Origin: Isurus oxyrinchus
Lineage: Eukaryota
DNA length: 64,000 nt
Assembly: GCA_026770705.1 (NCBI GenBank)
Contig: JANJGN010000071.1
Location: forward strand, 620,001-684,000
Reading direction: 5' to 3'
Part shown: positions 56,740-64,000 of the stretch, one piece after another
Numbering within the stretch: the stretch's first letter is position 1
Layout: each line of letters starts with the position of its first letter
Position numbers and translations under genes: made by a program
The notes under the pieces: generated by a model
The model's database searches: none
Told to the model about the DNA's origin: nothing
Seen by the model: the letters and a program-made list of their open reading frames with translations, nothing else

Positions 56740-58700
56740 CACCCTGACATTTTCATTCCCTATATTCCATCCGCTCACTTTCTATCCACTCATGGAAACT
56801 ATTTATCTCCCTCTGCAGCCTCTTTGTGTCCTCCTCAGAACTAGCTTTCCTGCCCAGCTTATATATTTCCTACCTACCTTCACCACACAGTCAGAAAATC
56901 TGCCGACAGTAAAGTCAGTCTCTTCATCAAAGTCACTAATGTCGATTGTGAATAGTTGAGTCCTCAGCACTGATCCCTGCAGCTCTCCACTAGTTACAGT
57001 TTACCAAGCTGAAAATCACCCATTTATCCTGGCTCTCTGTTTCCTGTCAGTTAGCCAGTCCTCTATCCGTATTAATATATCCCCCCCAACACCATCCAAT
57101 TTCACCCTGTGCAGTATCCTTTGATGTGGCACCTTATCGAATGCCTTTTGGAAATCCAATGTCATGAAGAGATATTTGTGTGTAAAATGTGCTTGGAAAT
57201 TATATTTTCAAATAGAATTCTAGTGGTGGTCCATGTATAGGTGTGTGTCTGTGTGTGTCTTAATTGGATTAAAGCCAGCTGGTCTGTGTGCTTTGATGTT
57301 TAGTAGTTTTGAGATGTTAATTGGGTGAATTGTGAGGAGAACAGTAAAGTGTTCATTTGCAATTGTTGAATAAACCATTCCAGACAGGGGGTAAAATCTT
57401 GCACCTAGTTAGAAGGAGCCAAAAGATGTGTTTTTTCTTGAACTTACTAATGAAATTGGTGCTATGAAAGGGGGTTTTATTGTTCGAAGAGCTGGAGTTC
57501 AGAAGTCCGAGCGATACAATGGAAAATTTACATTCAAAGGGAAAGCTAGCTATATAAAGGAAGGAGTTTGTGTGTGTGAGGCAGGAGCATTTCAGACCGA
57601 ACCAGCCTGTAGCCTCCAACCAACTTGCAAAGGAACCTCATTCGGAATTCGTAATGTCAAATGTGCTTTGCCTGGTGTCTATATTATGTCAATGGTTCAT
57701 TGTTGTCTTAGTAGAGATTTACGTGGGGTTGATTAATTTGGGGATTTGTTAAAAAGTTATTATAGTAGTTATTTGTAGCCAATGTGTATGTGTTAATTTT
57801 GTTGTTAAATTAATAAATGGTTCATTTAGTTTTATATAAAAAAAACCCACAATCCTCCGTGGTCTTAATCCTACGGAATTCAAAGTCTTCATCTCGAAAT
57901 TACAAACAGCAAAATTGGGTTACGACAGTTGTTTCAATTTTCCCTCTGGGATTTGAACAACTCAGCCTTTACCCTTGGCTGTGTCATAGTCCCTAATACA
58001 CCACATCTACAGGTTCCCCTTTATCCAATCCACTTGTTACATCCTCGAGGAAATCTAATAATTTTTTCAAACATGATATCTCTTTCACAAGCTCATGTTG
58101 ACTCTGATTGAATTATGGTTTTCTAAATGTCCTGCTGCTCCCTCCTTCATAATGAATTCTGGTATTTTCCCAATGACAGATATTAGACTAACTGACCTGT
58201 AGTTTCTTGCTTTCTGCCTCCTCCCTTTATTGAACAGAAGTGTTTCATTTATGTTTTTCCAATCCGCTGGGACCTTCCCATAATCTAAGGAATTCTGGAA
58301 GATTACATCCAATGCATCCACCGTCTCTGCAGCCATTTCCTTTCAGACCCTCACATTCAGGCCGTCTGCTCCATGGGACTTGTCAGCATTTGTCTCATTA
58401 GTTTTCTTAATACTTTTTCTCTGGTGATAGTGATTGTTTTATGTTCCTCCCTCCTTGTTGCACCGTGACTTTCTCCTGCTATTGGGATGGTTTTAGAGAT
58501 TTTTACTGTGAAGACAGACACAAAATTCTTGTTGACAGTCTCTGTCATTTCCTTGTTTCCCATTATTAATTCCCCAGTCTGATTTTCTATGTGTCCCATT
58601 ATTACTGTAGCTTCTCTCTTATTTTAATGTACAACATCTCACTGTCATTGTTTATGGTTCTTGCTAGTTTACTCTCATATTATCATTTCTGCCTCTTTAT
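56740..58700 (-). mobile_element. CR1 LINE fragment interrupted by an LTR-like element (57160-57988)
   Basis: KVPADWK..LFNKGRRQKARNYRSVSL, NKEMTETVNKNFVSVFT; the insert resembles 61060-61780. Confidence 0.8.
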
Positions 58701-60440
58701 TATTCTGCTGGGATCCTTCAGGTCAGATTTTTGCCCTCGGCAGGGGTGCACAGGGCTGGGGGCGGTGAGGAATCCGACTATTGCCCGCGATCAGCTCCGC
58801 GCTGCGATTTTACGCGGCCGGGCTAATTAAGGCCTGCCAGCATAAGATGTGGCTGCAGAATGAGTGCAAAGGGGCGGGCAGAGGTGGGTGCTTAGTGACT
58901 GCTTGGACCAATGGTGACCAAGCGGCCGATTGAAATCTGGCCACGGCAACCTTCAAAAGGCTTCCGGTGAAGGACGTTGAAATCATGGTGGACAGCGTTC
59001 CGGGTGGAGGGGCATTCGACCCTGCGTTTCCCTGATGAGTGATGCTGCCCTCCTGGAGTGTGTGGATATTGACCCCACTGCTCCCCCTCCCCCACTCCGC
59101 CATTCTATCCTGGGAGACCTGCCAGGTTCCATGTTCCAGCTGCGATGGGCAGCCCTTCCACACTTTCCTGTGGGCCCCGCCCTTCATGTCCAAAAGCGCT
59201 AAGTTAGAGCAGGGATGGAGAAATGAACAGGGGGTGTGGGATAAGTGTGGGGGTCTCACAGCCAGAACAGATGCTGCCTCGGGAGGGGGGGGGGGGAAGG
59301 TTTCACCAGCTATCTGTCTGAACAACATCGTAACCACAGTGTGAAGATTGTCCCCATTCCCTGTATCTTAATAATATTGTAAAGACAACTCGGAGATGTC
59401 CTGCAATCGCTGAGAAAGTATCTGGTGTGCTTACAGCACCACCACTGGCAAGAGAGTGTAAGTACAGTGTGACATGTTTACATGGGAAATTTTCATGATA
59501 AATGTGGACACATGAATTTACATAATTTGGTGGGGAAATGCAATGACATGAATTAACAGATTGGAGCAGGGGGGTTGTCCCAGAGTAAGCTGTTTAATAA
59601 AAATATATCTGTACAGTGTTGTCTGGGCATTTCAATCCCTTGTGACAATAAATGTAATATTATAGAAAATGCAAAAGCTTCTTTTAATCTATCACAGAAT
59701 AAACAAGTTGCAGAATTCAGAAAGCACATTCTGAAATGTTAACAAAGTTCAGTGACGTCACATTTCTGCTAATTACTACTCTGCCATGTTAGCTGCACGC
59801 AGTCAGGCAGTCCCTCGGTTGTGATGTGTCCACACAGCAGGACTGGGATGCATCAGCATCAAAGGACATGCTTAGTTGTTGCCGTGCAATGCATTTATTG
59901 CGAGCCTGTTGCACACACGCCCTGTCGAAGGATTCTCCGTGTTTCCATTCTGAATCGAGGCAGATCAACGTTACTACAACAACTTGCATTTATATATCAC
60001 ACTTAAAGTAGCACACTGTCCCAAAGCTCTTCAGGGGATTGTTAACCACATATAAATCCATCTCTGAGACAAATAATGAGATATAAGGGACAGGTGACAA
60101 AAAGCTGAGTTAACAAAACCAGTTAATAAGGACCATGTTAAAGGAGGAGAGAGATAGACAGAGATGCAGAGGGAGAGAGACAGAGAGAGACAGACAGAGA
60201 AGGAGAGAGAGATAGAGAGACAGACTGGGAGAGAGAGAGACACTGAATCTCTGTCCCCAATGACTCAGCATCAAGTCGTCTCTGGGGAAACATTTCATTC
60301 CAAACCTCACCAACCACAGACCCATTCAGTCCCTTCCTCCCTCTCTCCCCCTCTCCCCCAGTGGGTTGTCTCATTTTCCAAGGAATCACAATCCCTGCCT
60401 CCACCCACAAACCTCCTCACCCCCTCTCCCCGTTTCACAC

Positions 60441-62815
60441 TCAGTTTCGCTTGAATCTGATCTGTGCGTATTCCGTCTCCTCTTCCTTGTGGACAGTCCC
60501 ATCACCACTGCGCACCCTGAAGACTTGGGGATTGGCGTAGAGAAGGTCGTTGGGATTGTCAGGGTTCCCATGTCCAGCACCACCTCCCACTGGACCTTCA
60601 GAGAGACCCCGGGGAGCTGGGGTCTCCCCCTCGCTAGTTGTGTCTCTGGTTGTGTTCCGGGGCTCAGTAATCAGCACGTTCTGTTTACCCTACAGAGAAA
60701 TGGAAACAGAAGACATCCTCACATCATTTACTGGCACTGATAGGGTTAAATTATTGTGCAGCCTCATTAGTGTCAGTCGTGTCTCAGTTGGTTTTACTCT
60801 CTCTCTCATATCATAAAAAAGAAACCACCTATGACAGGGCAGCACTCCCTCAGTACTGACCCCCGACAGCGCAGCACTCCCTCAGGACTGACCCTCTGTC
60901 AGTCTCGCACTCCCTCGGTAATGTCTCTGGCGAGTGCCGGCTTGGATTCTGCACTCAGGTACCTGACGTGAGGCTCATTAACAAGAACCTTGTAATCAGA
61001 GAGAAGATGAGAGGGAAGAGAAAGAGAGAAAGGGATAGAGATAGGGTGTTACTAATCTATTAATGTATGTAATGTAATCGGAAATTCTTTTTAAACAGAG
61101 GTTTAGTCTGTGGGTGTGTCTGTGAGTGTTTTAATTGGATTAAAGCCAGCCAGTCCGGGTACTTTGATGTCAAGTAGTTTTGAGATGTAAACAAAGAGGT
61201 AAAGAGGTAATTTCCATTTTTAAACAGAGCATTCAATGTCTGGGAGTGAAATCTTAAACGAATCAATGTTTATATTACTAATAAAATTGATACGATGAAG
61301 GATGGAGTTCAAAGGTCCTGATGATACAATGAGAATTTACATTCAAATAGAAGTGCTGGGTATAACTTGAGCAGTTTTGTGTGTGCAGAGCAGAGGCTTG
61401 TAACATCAAAGCAGCTGTAAGCCTACACCTGTCTGCAAAGGAACCAAAGTGAAAGGAACCTCATTTGGATTTGTGAGGTGAAAATGCTTTCCTGGAATCT
61501 GCTTAAAGTCTATGTGTTGTCTTAGAGGAGATTAGTTTGAGAATTTGTTAAAAAGTTATGATAGTACTAGTTTGTAGCCATGTGCATATGATTAACTTGT
61601 GTAAATTAATAAAAGTCTCATGTAGTTTGATATAAAACCATCTCGAGAACTGGTGTTCTTATTCCTGAATTTAGAGCTGCATCTCAAACATTCCACTGGG
61701 AAATATAGGTTATGACAGTTGTTTAAAGTTTCCCTCTGGGATTTTAAACAACAGCCTTTACCAGTTTTTGTGTCATAACAGAGAGACCGCATGATACTGA
61801 ACCATTGCTGACTCCACAGGTACAAATCAGTGGGTAACTGGGCTGGGAATCTGGGACATGTGTTGTCTACACACTGAGATTGAAGCTTTGGAGTGAGTGT
61901 AAACAGTTCCTGTACCTGGTGCTTCACAGAGAGTGGACTGGGGGTCAATGCAATGTCACTGGTCCCTGAAACTCTCTCCTCTGTCGTTGTCTTTCTCCTG
62001 CAATAACACAATATCACACTGTGGTTATCATATAGCAGAGAATCAGTGCAGCACAGACACAGAGCCCACTGTAACCTTACACCAACTGGGACTGTCTCTT
62101 TAAATCACTTCTGCACAAAGCACAGAATCTAGAAGCTTGACACCATCCAGGACAAAGCAGCCCGATTGATCGACACCCCATCCACCACATTAAACATTCA
62201 CTCCCTCCACCATGAACACACAGTGGCAGCAGTGTGTGTACCATCTACAAGATGCACTGCAGCAACTCAGCAAGGCTCCTTCAACAGCACCTTCCAAACC
62301 CACGACCTCTACCATCTAGAAGGACAAGGGCAGCAGACACATGGGAACACCACCACCTGGAAGTTCCCCTCCAAGTCACTCACCATCCTGACTTGGAAAT
62401 ATATCATCGTTCCTTCACTGTCACTGGGTCAAAATCCTGGAACTCCCTCTCTAACAGCACTGTGGGTGTACCTACACCACATGGACTGCAGCGGGTCAAG
62501 AAGGCAGCTCACCACCACCTTCTCAAGGGGCAATTAGAGATGGGCAATTTAATAACGGCCTCACCATTGACAGTCACATTCGATTAAAGAATTTAAAATC
62601 TCACAGCTCAGGAGGAAGCCACTCAGCCCATCGTGCCTGTGCTGGCCCTTTGTAAAAACTGTCCAATTAGTCCGAAACAAATGTTTATATTAAAATCAAG
62701 TTAAATCTTCAGACTTACTTTCTCACACAGATGAAGATGAAGATTCCAGCCAGGAAAACACTCAACATGATCCCAGCCGTGAACAATCCTACTGTCCATT
62801 TACTGGAGTCTCTAC
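60441..62815 (-). CDS. Gene C (partial, 3' end): Siglec paralog of gene B. Exons 62815-62719 (TM), 61997-61916, 60689-60441. Ectodomain exons lie beyond the window.
   Basis: Same exon sizes (97/82/249) and phases as gene B; TM identical; tail has LLYANP and TEYAQI. Confidence 0.85.
61060..61780. mobile_element. LTR-like element in the last intron of gene C
   Basis: Shares TTAATTGGATTAAAGCCAGC, AAAGGAACCTCATT and TTCCCTCTGGGATTT with 57160-57988; ends TGTCATAACA. Confidence 0.65.
62130..62560 (+). mobile_element. CR1-superfamily LINE 3' fragment
   Basis: CTIYKMHCSNS.RLLQQHLPNPRPLPSRRTRAA...KSWNSL. Confidence 0.8.
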
Positions 62816-63349
62816 CTGTAAAAACAGCCATTAATTACTGCACTACAGGTTTACAATGATGCTCCGATGTATCTCGAGAAGCGATACACTCACTCAGTGT
62901 TTAAATACTCATTCTCGGGCAATGCTGACATTTATTGTCCATCCCTAGTTTCCCCTTGAGAAGGTGGTGGGGGGTCTTCCTCCTGAACCACTGGTTTGTC
63001 CCAAACTGGGAGAGCAGTTCAGAGGGCAGGTAAGAGTTAACCATGATGGTGTCTGAGACTGGAGTCACATATACACCCAGACCTGTTAAAATGGACAGGT
63101 TTCCCTCCCTTAAGATAATTAGTGACCCATATTATATATGTAATTTCTATATATATGTATCAACTAACCTCCCTAAAATAATCAATTATCACCTCAATTT
63201 CATGCTGTTGTTTGTGGGATCTTGCTGTGCACAAATCAGCTGTTGCGTTTCCTACATGATGACAGTGAGCTCACTTTGAAACTGCTTCACTGGTTATCGA
63301 GAGTTTTGGGAATTCCTAAGTATTTTATCAACGCAAGTCTTATTTTTCG

Positions 63350-63675
63350 ATTTAATCCATGTAACATTTATATATAATATTTATCAATGTGATCCCTATA
63401 GCATAAATTTATAATATTTATCAATATAATCTATGTAACATTTATATATAATTTTTATCCATTTAATCTCTGTAATATTTATATATAATGTTTCTCGATT
63501 TAATCCATGTAACATTTATATATAATATTGCCCAATGTAATATATGTAACATTTATATATATTTATCCATTTAAACTGTGAAACATTTATATATAATTTT
63601 TATCAATGTAATCTATGTAACATTTATATATAATATTTCTCGATGTAATCTATGTAATATTTATATATAATATTT
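63350..63675. repeat. AT-rich ~37-bp tandem repeat
   Basis: (AATCYATGTAACATTTATATATAATATTTATCAATGT)n; a single copy at the paralogous site 42750-42785. Confidence 0.85.
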
Positions 63676-64000
63676 AGTCGTTTGGGAGGAGAACCTGAGT
63701 ATTGCTGAGAAAGGACATTTTGTCAAAGCTTTCTGTCTTGCACCCAATGAAGCAGCTTATCTGGGGGAGAGGGTTCCAGATTTCCACTCCCCTTTGTGTG
63801 AAGAAGTGCTTCCTGACATCACCCCCTGAACGGCCTGGCTCCAATTTGACCAAGTGTTGCCATTGTCACATGAGATCAGGTGATTCAAAGCTTGGTCAAA
63901 GGGGTAAGTTCTAAAGAGCATTTTAGAGGAGGTAGAGAGAGAGGTGGAGAGGTTGAGGGAGGGAATTCTCGAGTTTAGGGATCAATCCAGCTGAGTGGAG

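Overview
Vertebrate genomic DNA, most likely from a cartilaginous fish (inferred from Deu-domain/SacSINE1-like SINEs, CR1/L2 LINEs and their derived minisatellites). It is repeat-rich and has seven N gaps. The window holds an immune-gene locus that the ORF track only partly shows. (1) Gene A (+, ~8061-15074) is a Siglec-family receptor with two tandem V-set exons, one C2 exon, a decayed C2 exon and a terminal TM exon with an intramembrane Arg and a short Tyr-free tail (activating type). (2) A complete 3-exon hepcidin (HAMP)-like gene (-, 26494..22080) encodes an 83-aa prepropeptide with an RQKR furin site and an 8-Cys mature peptide; its promoter has a TATA box, a GGCGCC BMP element and C/EBP-like sites. 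(3) Gene B (-, 56070..40211) is a complete Siglec with leader, V-set, C2, seven near-identical tandem C2 exons plus two damaged copies, a neutral TM and an ITIM+ITSM tail (inhibitory type). (4) The 3' end of Gene C (-, 62815..60441) is a paralog of B with a broken proximal ITIM. Genes A and B look like a convergently arranged activating/inhibitory receptor pair flanking hepcidin, recalling the mammalian USF2-HAMP-MAG-CD22 neighbourhood. All gene models were read by eye from splice signals and translation; there is no expression evidence.
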